Below, piece by piece: positions 19,420 through 27,180 of a stretch of 32,596 nt of DNA; positions within the stretch are counted from its first letter, which is position 1, and every line of letters starts with the position of its first letter. Made by a program: the position numbers and the translations under genes. The stretch comes from Methanocellales archaeon. GTDB lineage: Archaea > Halobacteriota > JAWCLZ01. The notes beneath the pieces were generated by a model. It made no database searches. It saw only the letters and a list, made by a program, of their open reading frames with translations, and was not told the origin of the DNA. Location of the stretch: contig JBBIOZ010000001.1 of the NCBI GenBank assembly GCA_037443105.1, forward strand, positions 25,439 through 58,034. The letters are read 5' to 3'.

Positions 19420-19455
19420 AGGAAAGGATAGAGAAAAAGGCTAGAGGAAAGGTTA
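19407..19455. repeat. Near-perfect 24/25-bp tandem duplication spanning the stops of the DedA-like gene and pgk
   Basis: gagaaaaggctagaggaaaggata followed by gagaaaaaggctagaggaaaggtta (one extra A, one substitution). Confidence 0.85.
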
Positions 19456-20682
19456 GCGATACCGCTTAGCTGCTTCTATTAAAGCTATGATTCCAGGCAT
19501 CTTCTCGCCTGCAAGATAATCCATGCAAGCCCCCCCTCCAGTGCTCACGTGAGCGACTTTGCTTTCAATTCCAAGTTTTTCCACAGCTGCTGAAGTATGC
19601 CCGCCCCCGAGTACTGCAAATTTTGCTCTAGTGCAGGCCATTAAAAGTTCATTGGTTGCTAAAGCAAAATCTGGGACTTCATTAACGCCAGCTGGGCCGT
19701 TGAATACCACGACACTTGCATTTTCAATTTCCTTTTTAAATCTATCTATGGTTTCAAATCCAATGTCCCAGATTTGATACTCCGAGGGAATTTGATGTAT
19801 GGATACCTCCACTCGAGTATTATTCTTGGAGATGGCAACGTCCACTGGTAGCATTATCTTCTCGCTGTATTTAGAAAGCAATTGCTTGGCATTCTCAATC
19901 TCCGATTGAAAGCCTCCATCGCGTATGAATTTAAAGTTCTTCTCCCCTATGTTCACTCCATTTGCAGCTAGGAAAACATTTGCCACAACGCCTGTAACCA
20001 AGATTTTATCAGCGCTGCCTCTTTCAAGCACATTCCTCATAACCTTTATTGAATCATTGACCTTTGCTCCACCTAAAACAAAAATAGCTCCACCAGTTTC
20101 TGATCGCTCTAGAACTTTATTCAAAGTATCAATTTCCTTCTCCATCAGCCTTCCAGCTCCTGAAGGTAGAACTGCTGTGAAGCCAACTATGGATGCGTGG
20201 GAGCGATGAGCAGTGCCAAAGGCATCGTTCAAATAAATTTCAACCACGCTTGAGAGCTTTCTAACAAGCTGTGTTTTAGCATGCTCCTGCGCACTCTGCT
20301 CAATCTGCTCCTCGGAGTAAAATCGCACATTTTCAAGGAGAATTATATCGCCATTTTTCATCGCTTTTATGGAGTTTCGAGAGTATGAACCGAAAACATC
20401 ATCTATATACTTCACTTCTTTTTTCAAAAGCTGACTCAATCTCTTAGCGTGCTCCTCCATAGTGGTGAAATCCTTCTTACCCGGGCGAGATTGATGTGAT
20501 AGTAAAACTGTTTTCGCGTGCTCAAGCTCTCTAATGGTTTTAATATGACTCCGCATTCGTTTATCATCGAGAATAGCACCGGTTTTAGGGTCGATTGGAG
20601 AATTTATATCGATTCTTAAAAGCACGGTTTTATTTTTAAGCTCAAAATCATCCATGGTGAGATAATCCCGCTTGGGCTCCAT
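19453..20682 (-). CDS. pgk: Phosphoglycerate kinase
   Basis: Archaeal-type PGK length. Motifs LLSHQSRPG, LGGAKVNDSI, LGGGHT, STGGGA. Confidence 0.92.
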   Translation of the reverse strand: MEPKRDYLTMDDFELKNKTVLLRIDINSPIDPKTGAILDDKRMRSHIKTIRELEHAKTVLLSHQSRPGKKDFTTMEEHAKRLSQLLKKEVKYIDDVFGSYSRNSIKAMKNGDIILLENVRFYSEEQIEQSAQEHAKTQLVRKLSSVVEIYLNDAFGTAHRSHASIVGFTAVLPSGAGRLMEKEIDTLNKVLERSETGGAIFVLGGAKVNDSIKVMRNVLERGSADKILVTGVVANVFLAANGVNIGEKNFKFIRDGGFQSEIENAKQLLSKYSEKIMLPVDVAISKNNTRVEVSIHQIPSEYQIWDIGFETIDRFKKEIENASVVVFNGPAGVNEVPDFALATNELLMACTRAKFAVLGGGHTSAAVEKLGIESKVAHVSTGGGACMDYLAGEKMPGIIALIEAAKRYR

Positions 20683-20760
20683 ATCAATAACCCCTTTTTT
20701 CTAATTAGCAATACAAATATATAATTGATTTTGTTTAATTGTATTCAAGTTTTGAATTCA

Positions 20761-20782
20761 TTTATCACTTATTTATCACTTA
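20761..20782 (+). promoter_or_regulatory. Tandem 11-bp direct repeat (tttatcactta x2, with a third degenerate copy tttatctcc at 20788-20796) upstream of the lrp TATA box; candidate operator
   Basis: The two copies are perfect and adjacent. They lie 24-45 nt upstream of the TATA-like tttata at 20806-20811. Confidence 0.45.
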
Positions 20783-20805
20783 ATTTTATTTATCTCCAAA
20801 AAAGA

Positions 20806-20811
20806 TTTATA
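20806..20811 (+). promoter_or_regulatory. Candidate TATA box for the lrp-aminotransferase operon
   Basis: aaaagatttatag lies about 30 nt upstream of ATG 20839, implying a very short or absent leader. Confidence 0.4.
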
Positions 20812-20838
20812 GAGCGCAGGAGTAAAAATATAGCCACT

Positions 20839-21339
20839 ATGAGGAACATCGATGATAAGGATAAAGAGATCTTAAGCATACTTGAAAATGATGCGCGAAT
20901 TCCAACATCTGATCTCGCAACCATGGTTGCTCTACCTGAGGCAGAGGTTATAAGAAGGATGAAGGAGCTTGAGCGGAAGGGCGTGATTAAGAAGTATAAA
21001 GCAGTTGTAGACTGGGAAAAAGCAGGGGAGGAAAAGGTAACTGCAGTGATCGATGTCAAGGTCACGCCTGAGCGAGGCAAGGGCTATGATAGCGTTGCAG
21101 AGCGAGTGGCCAACTTCCCTGAAGTGCGAACTGTATACTTAGTTTCAGGGGAATATGACCTAGCGGTTGTAGTTGAAGCTAAAACCATGAAAGAAGTCTC
21201 CCTCTTTGTTGCTGAAAAACTCGCGCCTCTTGAAAGAGTGCATGGTACTAATACGCACTTCATGTTGAAGAAATATAAAGAGGAGGGAATCGTTGTCTTT
21301 GAAAAAGAGGAAAATAAAAGACTGGGGATCTCCCTATGA
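20839..21339 (+). CDS. Lrp/AsnC family transcriptional regulator
   Basis: N-terminal HTH (DKEILSILENDARIPTSDLA) and a C-terminal RAM/AsnC_trans_reg domain (YDLAVVVEA). The track ORF start at 20725 adds 38 low-complexity residues across the promoter, so the internal ATG at 20839 is preferred. Confidence 0.85.
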   Translation: MRNIDDKDKEILSILENDARIPTSDLATMVALPEAEVIRRMKELERKGVIKKYKAVVDWEKAGEEKVTAVIDVKVTPERGKGYDSVAERVANFPEVRTVYLVSGEYDLAVVVEAKTMKEVSLFVAEKLAPLERVHGTNTHFMLKKYKEEGIVVFEKEENKRLGISL

Positions 21340-22517
21340 AATTCATCGCAGATAGCGTGAAAAGTGTCCCTCCTTCTGGAATTAGGAAGTTCTTCGACAT
21401 GGTACTTGGAATGAAGGATGTGGTATCGCTGGGAGTGGGCGAGCCTGATTTTGTTACTCCTTGGAAAGTTAGAGAAGCTTGCATATATGCACTTGAAAAA
21501 GGCTACACCAGCTATACCTCTAACATGGGAATGATCGAGCTCAGGGAGGCAATAGCTGAGCATATAAAAAAGGAATATGGTCTTGATTATGATCCAAAAA
21601 CCCAAGTGCTCATAACCACAGGGGTGAGCGAGGGCTTGGACTTAGCTATAAGAGCAACCACAAACCCGGGGGATGAAGTACTTGTGGTTGAGCCATGCTA
21701 TGTTTCTTATAAACCAAATGTAATATTCGCAGGCGGCATACCAGTGCCAGTGCCAACGGGTTTGGAGAATGACTTCAAAGTAACGCCTGAGGCTATAGTT
21801 GAGAGAATAACTGAGAAAACCAAGTCCTTGTTGATCAGCTATCCCAACAATCCAACAGGTGCTATAATGAGTAGGAAGGAATTGGAAGCCATAGCGGAGA
21901 TAGCAAATGAATATGACTTGCTAGTTATCTCAGATGAAGTTTATGATAAATTAACCTATGAAGGCAAGCACTGCTGCTTCTCCACGTTGCCTGAAATGCA
22001 GGAGAGAACTATACTTTTGAATGGCTTCTCAAAGGCATATGCAATGACCGGCTGGAGGCTTGGCTATGCTTGTGCAAATGAAGAGATAATCTCAGCTATG
22101 AATAAAATCCATCAATATACCATGCTCTGCGCTCCAATAACGGCTCAAATGGCTGCTATTGAAGCTCTTAAAAATGCAGATGAAGACATGCGCGCCATGG
22201 TTCGAGAATATGATAGAAGAAGGCGTTTAATCGTTGATGGGTTGAATAAGCTTGGGCTGACTTGCTTTGAGCCAAAGGGAGCATTCTATGCTTTTCCATC
22301 CATCAAGAGCACTGGTATGAGCAGCGAGGAATTCGCTGAGAAGCTTTTACTGGAACAAAAAGTAGCTATAGTGCCTGGCAATGTATTTGGAGAATGCGGC
22401 GAGGGACACGTGCGGTGTGCATATGCAGCTTCTAGGGAGAAAATAAAGATAGCGCTTGAAAGAATAGCTATTTTTCTTGAGGAGCATGCCAAAATACCCC
22501 AGCGGATGGGCAAATAA
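21336..22517 (+). CDS. Class I/II pyridoxal-phosphate-dependent aminotransferase (aspartate/aromatic type)
   Basis: PNNPTG, and SKAYAMTGWRLGY containing the PLP lysine. A 4-nt overlap with the lrp stop. Confidence 0.88.
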   Translation: MKFIADSVKSVPPSGIRKFFDMVLGMKDVVSLGVGEPDFVTPWKVREACIYALEKGYTSYTSNMGMIELREAIAEHIKKEYGLDYDPKTQVLITTGVSEGLDLAIRATTNPGDEVLVVEPCYVSYKPNVIFAGGIPVPVPTGLENDFKVTPEAIVERITEKTKSLLISYPNNPTGAIMSRKELEAIAEIANEYDLLVISDEVYDKLTYEGKHCCFSTLPEMQERTILLNGFSKAYAMTGWRLGYACANEEIISAMNKIHQYTMLCAPITAQMAAIEALKNADEDMRAMVREYDRRRRLIVDGLNKLGLTCFEPKGAFYAFPSIKSTGMSSEEFAEKLLLEQKVAIVPGNVFGECGEGHVRCAYAASREKIKIALERIAIFLEEHAKIPQRMGK

Positions 22518-23338
22518 TGAAGATCGGGGTTAAGGTAGCACGCAGCGATTATAAGCAAATGCTTGAGTTGAAACCGGAAGCACTTGAGTTCTCCTTAGAG
22601 GAAAAAGATTTGAAGAGCGATTGGGTAAATGATTTAGATTTAAACTTCTTCTTCTTTGATTTGATTGTCCACGCTCCAATATTCTTTGAAAATGGCATTT
22701 TAATCGATATAGCTGCAGAAGATGCAAAGCTAAGGAGGCAAAGTCTCTCAATGGTTTTAAAGACATTTGAACTTGCAAGAACTCTATATGAAACAGGGTA
22801 CTTCAAAAATATACCAATAATAGTGCTCCATCCAGGGGGGATAGCTAAGCGAGCGATTGAAATTCCTAGGAAGCGCTTGATGGAATCGCTGGAGGAGATT
22901 TTGAGTAGAATAGATCCCACCCTCTTCATCTGCACCTTGGAGAATATGCCTCAATTTTACTGGTATAAAGCTGAGCAGTATAATGCAAACCTCTTTAAAG
23001 AGAAGGAGGAGATAATTGAAGTGCTGAAGCAGCTTCAAATAAAACTTTGCTTAGATCTATGTCACGCAAAGCTCTACTGTAACTATATAAATGCTGATTT
23101 TTATGAATATATAGCTAGTTTAGCGCCTTATACTAAGCATATTCACGCTTCAGATGCAATTGGAGTAAGCTATGAAGGCTTGCAAATTGGCGAGGGGGAA
23201 ATTGACTTTAAAAGAACTTTAGGTTTTTTTAAGCATAGAGAGCTAACTATAGTGCCTGAGATAAAAAATAGTGATAGAAAAATGAGTTTTAAAATTGCGG
23301 TTGAAAGACTTCGAGCATTGCTGGAGGCAATCACTTAA
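22517..23338 (+). CDS. Xylose isomerase-like TIM-barrel protein (sugar phosphate isomerase/epimerase family)
   Basis: Metal-ligand pattern HAP ... LEN ... DLCH ... HIHASD...GEGEIDF ... PEI. The start overlaps the aminotransferase stop (TAATG). Confidence 0.7.
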   Translation: MKIGVKVARSDYKQMLELKPEALEFSLEEKDLKSDWVNDLDLNFFFFDLIVHAPIFFENGILIDIAAEDAKLRRQSLSMVLKTFELARTLYETGYFKNIPIIVLHPGGIAKRAIEIPRKRLMESLEEILSRIDPTLFICTLENMPQFYWYKAEQYNANLFKEKEEIIEVLKQLQIKLCLDLCHAKLYCNYINADFYEYIASLAPYTKHIHASDAIGVSYEGLQIGEGEIDFKRTLGFFKHRELTIVPEIKNSDRKMSFKIAVERLRALLEAIT

Positions 23339-23546
23339 GCCAGACATCGCATCTTTGTTCCAAGCTATCGAAGGAGAAATTGAGTTTATTCTCACGCGCC
23401 AGCCATCCAATTGCCATATAAATAGTGTTCTTATCAATCTTAGCTTCATAGGAAACATCTGAAACTAGCTTGGTAACTGAGGTTTTACCGTGCTTTTGCA
23501 GATAGTGCCACACAATACCAGCGGTCTCTCCAATCTTCTGCTCCAT
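23331..23546 (-). CDS. Small winged helix-turn-helix protein (DUF2582-like)
   Basis: 71 aa. GIVWHYLQKHGKTSVTKL ... IYMAIGWLARENKL matches my recollection of this wHTH family. It lies 22 nt downstream of the MFS gene on the same strand. Confidence 0.6.
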   Translation of the reverse strand: MEQKIGETAGIVWHYLQKHGKTSVTKLVSDVSYEAKIDKNTIYMAIGWLARENKLNFSFDSLEQRCDVWLK

Positions 23547-23568
23547 CGCTTATATGCATGCCTTTTAA

Positions 23569-24744
23569 TCAGCATAAAATTTTTTCTCTCACAAGCATCG
23601 CAGCGAGTAAAGCTAATATCATACTTCCTAGGAAAAATTTAAACATTGTGCCGTAGCCATTGAGGAGTAAATAGCCCATTGAGGATTGATAGCCAGCCGC
23701 GCCGAGGAAGAAAAAGATGTTCAAACATCCAAGAGCTGTTCCTGCAATTTGCTTGGGGAACATTTCCTTGGCTATTGCAAGCATTATGAAGGAAATTCCA
23801 AAGGCAAGGCCTAGGGTGAAACATATAAGGGAGAGGGAGGGAAAGCTCAAGCTATCTTGAGTAAAGGCAAGCGGCAGCCAAGCAATAGTATAAAGAAGCA
23901 CGCCGAATATAAAAATAGACCTCCTGCTGGTAAAGTAGCGGTCTGAGAGCAGTCCACCTAGGGGGCAGCCGATGATAACGCCAATGGCAGTGAACATCAA
24001 AATACCTCCAGCTGTGGCTTTATCAAATTTATAACTCTCAATTAAAAAAGGCCCGCCCCAGAGGCCTTGAAAACTCATGAGCGTGCCATAGGATAGGAAT
24101 GCCACAATTGCAAGCAGCCAGAACTCCTTTTTTTTAAACACAGTTAAAATCGCTTGCTTTACTTCAAATCGCTCCTCAAACTTGGAGCTGCTTGGGCTAT
24201 CGCGCACCACAAGCCAAGCGATAGCTGTTAAAATCAATGTAACGCTTGCAATAAGTGAGAAAGAACTGCGCCAGCCAAGAGCTAGGGTTAGAAGTGCAAG
24301 TGGAGCTGAGGCCACAAGGCCTCCTAGGTTTCCAATTGCCACCAGCAATCCATTTAAAGTTGCAAACTCATTTGGGAGAAACCATTCAGCAATTACCTTC
24401 AAAGTGGGGATGAAAACACCCCCCAGTCCCAATCCAATTAATGCTCTGCCTATCGCTAGCATTTGAATATCCCTTGCAAATGCAAATAAAATCGTGCCTA
24501 TGAATGCAATGAAGCTGAATACTGTAACAGTTTTTCTTGCGCCTAGAGAATCAGAGAGCACGCCAATTGGAATTTGCACAATGGCGTAGGTGTAGAAATA
24601 AGCAGCGCTCATCAAGCCTAGAATACCGCTGCTTGCTTCAAATTCCTGCATCAAATCAAAAGCAATTACAGCTGGAGCAACGCGGTGGAAGTAAACAAAG
24701 AAATACAAGCTTGCAAGCGAGGCAAAGATGTACCACCGGCGCAT
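23569..24744 (-). CDS. Major facilitator superfamily transporter
   Basis: About 12 predicted TM helices; loop motifs SDSLGARK and GLLSDRY are typical MFS signatures. Confidence 0.85.
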   Translation of the reverse strand: MRRWYIFASLASLYFFVYFHRVAPAVIAFDLMQEFEASSGILGLMSAAYFYTYAIVQIPIGVLSDSLGARKTVTVFSFIAFIGTILFAFARDIQMLAIGRALIGLGLGGVFIPTLKVIAEWFLPNEFATLNGLLVAIGNLGGLVASAPLALLTLALGWRSSFSLIASVTLILTAIAWLVVRDSPSSSKFEERFEVKQAILTVFKKKEFWLLAIVAFLSYGTLMSFQGLWGGPFLIESYKFDKATAGGILMFTAIGVIIGCPLGGLLSDRYFTSRRSIFIFGVLLYTIAWLPLAFTQDSLSFPSLSLICFTLGLAFGISFIMLAIAKEMFPKQIAGTALGCLNIFFFLGAAGYQSSMGYLLLNGYGTMFKFFLGSMILALLAAMLVREKILC

Positions 24745-24805
24745 ATATTTGCACTAATGCTTATTTAAATAAATATTTGTATCCAGATAGCCTATATCAT
24801 TGAAT

Positions 24806-25163
24806 ATGAAGCTTGGCGTTGAAATGCAGTTTGATGCAGCCCACAGTCTCCCTAGGTATGAGGGCAAATGCAAGAATATCCATGGACATACCTATACAGC
24901 TGAAGTTATAGTGGCTGGCAAGGTAGATGGTGCAACGCATTTGATACTTCATACTTAAAAAACTACTTGGGGAAGTAATTGCACAGCTTGACCATAGATA
25001 TCTTAATGAGCTCTTGGAGTATCCAACTAGTGAGAGAATTGCTCAATATATCTATAGAGAGATGAAGGAAAAGCTAAAGGGATACAGCGTTGAACTAATA
25101 TCAATAAAACTATGGGAGGGGGAGGATAAGTGGGTTAAAATTGAGAAGGGGGATGAAGATTAA
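24806..25163 (+). pseudogene. queD: 6-carboxy-5,6,7,8-tetrahydropterin synthase QueD, interrupted by a 1-nt frameshift near 24944-24948
   Basis: My own translation. Frame A (24806-24958): MKLGVEMQFDAAHSLPRYEGKCKNIHGHTYTAEVIVAGKVDGATHLILHT*. Frame B (24948-25163): FILKKLLGEVIAQLDHRYLNELLEYPTSERIAQYIYREM...*. Together they rebuild a full QueD (AAH..., CxxxHGH, LDHxYLN, PTSE). Removing one base (C24947) joins the frames. Neither piece appears in the ORF track. Confidence 0.8.
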
Positions 25164-25728
25164 ATTGAAAGTGAAAATATTGAATAAGCGATTGAACTAC
25201 GATGGCTCCCAGCTTCGAGCACTCTGGGCATTGGAAGAATTGGGCTTGCAAGGCAGCTCAATAGTGGTATTTTGCGGGGGAATGAATGTACCTAGAGAGC
25301 AGATGCGAGATTTAAAGGATAAAAGAGGGTGGAGGGAGATCAAGGGGGAGAATTTGATTCACTTCATAGTTGAAGTCATAAATCCAAGTGCTGATTTGAG
25401 GCTTGCATATTATGCTCAAAGATTGCTGCTTTGCATCGCTAAAGATAAACTGCAGGAATTGGGAGTAAAAGTAAACAGAGAAGGTGGAGATTTATACCTC
25501 AATGGGAAAAAGCTTAGCGTTAGCATTGCAAATTCCAATTTAAATGGCTATAAAATCCATTTAGGTATAAACATCACTTCAAAGCAAGCTCCAGAAGGGG
25601 CAATTGGCTTGAGGGAAATTGATAAGAAAATAAAGCCAATGGAACTAGCTAGATCGATTGCAAAGCAATTTGCAGTGGAATGCGAGGATATAGAGCTGGA
25701 TATTGCAAAGACAAGGGCATTTGGATGA
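25153..25728 (+). CDS. DUF366-like archaeal protein with a BirA/LplA-like (class II ligase fold) motif
   Basis: ATG 25153 is preferred over the track's TTG at 25141. GGDLYLNGKKLSVSIA ... KIHLGINI closely resembles the BirA NDLYLxDRKLAGIL and LplA GRKISGSA...HHGTLL segments. The stop overlaps the queC start (ATGA). Confidence 0.5.
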   Translation: MKIKLKVKILNKRLNYDGSQLRALWALEELGLQGSSIVVFCGGMNVPREQMRDLKDKRGWREIKGENLIHFIVEVINPSADLRLAYYAQRLLLCIAKDKLQELGVKVNREGGDLYLNGKKLSVSIANSNLNGYKIHLGINITSKQAPEGAIGLREIDKKIKPMELARSIAKQFAVECEDIELDIAKTRAFG

Positions 25729-26417
25729 AGGTCTTAGTATTGCTTTCCTCCGGGCTTGATTCCACAGTTGCATTTAAAAAAGCATATGATGAATTTGAGG
25801 AAGTGAGATGCCTCACCTTTGACTATGGTCAAAAAGCAAGAAAGCGTGAATTGGAATATTCTAGGAAAATCTGCTCGCTGTTTAAAGTGAGGCATAGCAT
25901 AATAAAGCTGCCTTGGCTTGCTAAGTTCAAAGGAAGTTTAACTCAAGCAAGCAGCAAACTACCAATGCTTAAAGAAGATGAACTCAATATGGAAGCAAAG
26001 ATGAAAGAAGCTGCAGCTCAAGTCTGGGTTCCGGCTAGAAATGCAGTCTTTTTAAGCATAGCAGCTAGCTACTGTGAAAATTTTGAATTCAACGCAATAG
26101 TAGCAGGCTTCGATGCAGAGGAAGCTGCAACCTTCCCAGATAATTCAGCGCAGTTTATATCGAGCTTCAATGCCATGCTTAAATATGGGGCTAGGAGGCA
26201 TATAAAGGTCGTTGCACCTTTAATTAAAATGAATAAAGCTGAAATCGCTGCTCTTGGAATAGCAATTAAAGCTCCACTTGAGTGGTCTTGGTCTTGCTAC
26301 ACTTCAAAGCAGCTGCCCTGCGGAGAATGTGAATCGTGCTTGAGGAGAAAGCGAGCATTTAAAGCAATAGGGAAAAAAGACCCATTGTTGATAAGACTTG
26401 GAGTGGAGAAACCGTGA
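25725..26417 (+). CDS. queC: 7-cyano-7-deazaguanine (preQ0) synthase QueC
   Basis: PP-loop LLSSGLDST and a C-terminal zinc Cys cluster C-x8-CGECESC. ATG 25725 is preferred over the upstream track start. Confidence 0.9.
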   Translation: MKVLVLLSSGLDSTVAFKKAYDEFEEVRCLTFDYGQKARKRELEYSRKICSLFKVRHSIIKLPWLAKFKGSLTQASSKLPMLKEDELNMEAKMKEAAAQVWVPARNAVFLSIAASYCENFEFNAIVAGFDAEEAATFPDNSAQFISSFNAMLKYGARRHIKVVAPLIKMNKAEIAALGIAIKAPLEWSWSCYTSKQLPCGECESCLRRKRAFKAIGKKDPLLIRLGVEKP

Positions 26418-27163
26418 AAGTAACATTTTACTCTGAAAATCAAAGGATATATGGAAATCTACATTTACCTGAAAACTATGAAAAAGTCCCTTGCATTCTA
26501 CTGCTGCACGGGCTTGAAAGCAGCAAAGATAGCGGTAAGTGGCCTGCTATGGCAAGCAGGCTAAGCAGCGAAGGCTATGCTTGCTTAAGATTTAGCTTCA
26601 GAGGGTGTGGAGAGGGAATGGAGAAAAGCGAGGGCGAGTTTGAAGATGTAACCCTCACTGGAAGAATCAAAGACTATCTAGCTGCTTTACACTTCTTGCA
26701 AGCTGTAGATAAAGTGGATATAAATAGACTGGGAGTAATTGGCTCAAGTTTCGGTGGAATGACTGCAATTGCTGCTCAAGCAATGGGAATAAAAGGAGTA
26801 AGAGCGATGGTAACAATGGGCACGCCCTATAAAATACCGCGCTTCGAAGAACCTCGAATTCCAAAGAAGATAGGGGAATACTATGTGCTTCCCTCCGGCA
26901 GGAGGTTTAAGAAGAATTTCTATGAGGATCTCAAAAAATATGACCTGCTGCTCGCTATAAAAAGCTCGCCCCCTATTTTAATTCTACACGGCAGCTTGGA
27001 TGAAGTGGTTCCACTGGAGCACGCTTACAAACTCTACGAAGCTGCACCGGAGCCAAAGAAACTCGTAATAGTAGAAGGCGCTGACCACGTTTTCTCTCGA
27101 AATGAGCATCTAAATAAAGCAATTGATTTAAGCTTGAAGTGGTTTGAAAAATACCTTGCTTGA
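26414..27163 (+). CDS. Alpha/beta-fold hydrolase (dienelactone hydrolase / S9-like)
   Basis: Oxyanion LLLHG, nucleophile elbow GSSFGG, acid LHGSLDEVV, and His in GADHVF. The GTG start overlaps the queC stop (GTGA). Confidence 0.8.
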   Translation: MKVTFYSENQRIYGNLHLPENYEKVPCILLLHGLESSKDSGKWPAMASRLSSEGYACLRFSFRGCGEGMEKSEGEFEDVTLTGRIKDYLAALHFLQAVDKVDINRLGVIGSSFGGMTAIAAQAMGIKGVRAMVTMGTPYKIPRFEEPRIPKKIGEYYVLPSGRRFKKNFYEDLKKYDLLLAIKSSPPILILHGSLDEVVPLEHAYKLYEAAPEPKKLVIVEGADHVFSRNEHLNKAIDLSLKWFEKYLA

Positions 27164-27180
27164 AGGCGTATGTACTGCAT

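Noticed and set aside
20725-20838. N-terminal 38-codon extension of the Lrp/AsnC ORF.
   Set aside because: The extension is hydrophobic, low-complexity sequence running through the repeat and TATA region. The HTH domain starts right after the internal ATG at 20839.
24941-24960. Programmed +1 ribosomal frameshift in queD.
   Set aside because: The site (ata c ttc ata ctt) has no recognisable slippery or stall context such as CUU-UGA, and there is no obvious downstream structure. Pseudogene or sequencing error is more parsimonious, but this was not excluded experimentally.
25141-25152. TTG start for the DUF366-like ORF, and the upstream track start at 25680 for queC.
   Set aside because: Downstream ATGs (25153 and 25725) give canonical N-termini (queC MKVLVLLSSGLDS) and ATGA-type coupling. 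The upstream parts are simply open frame over the preceding genes.
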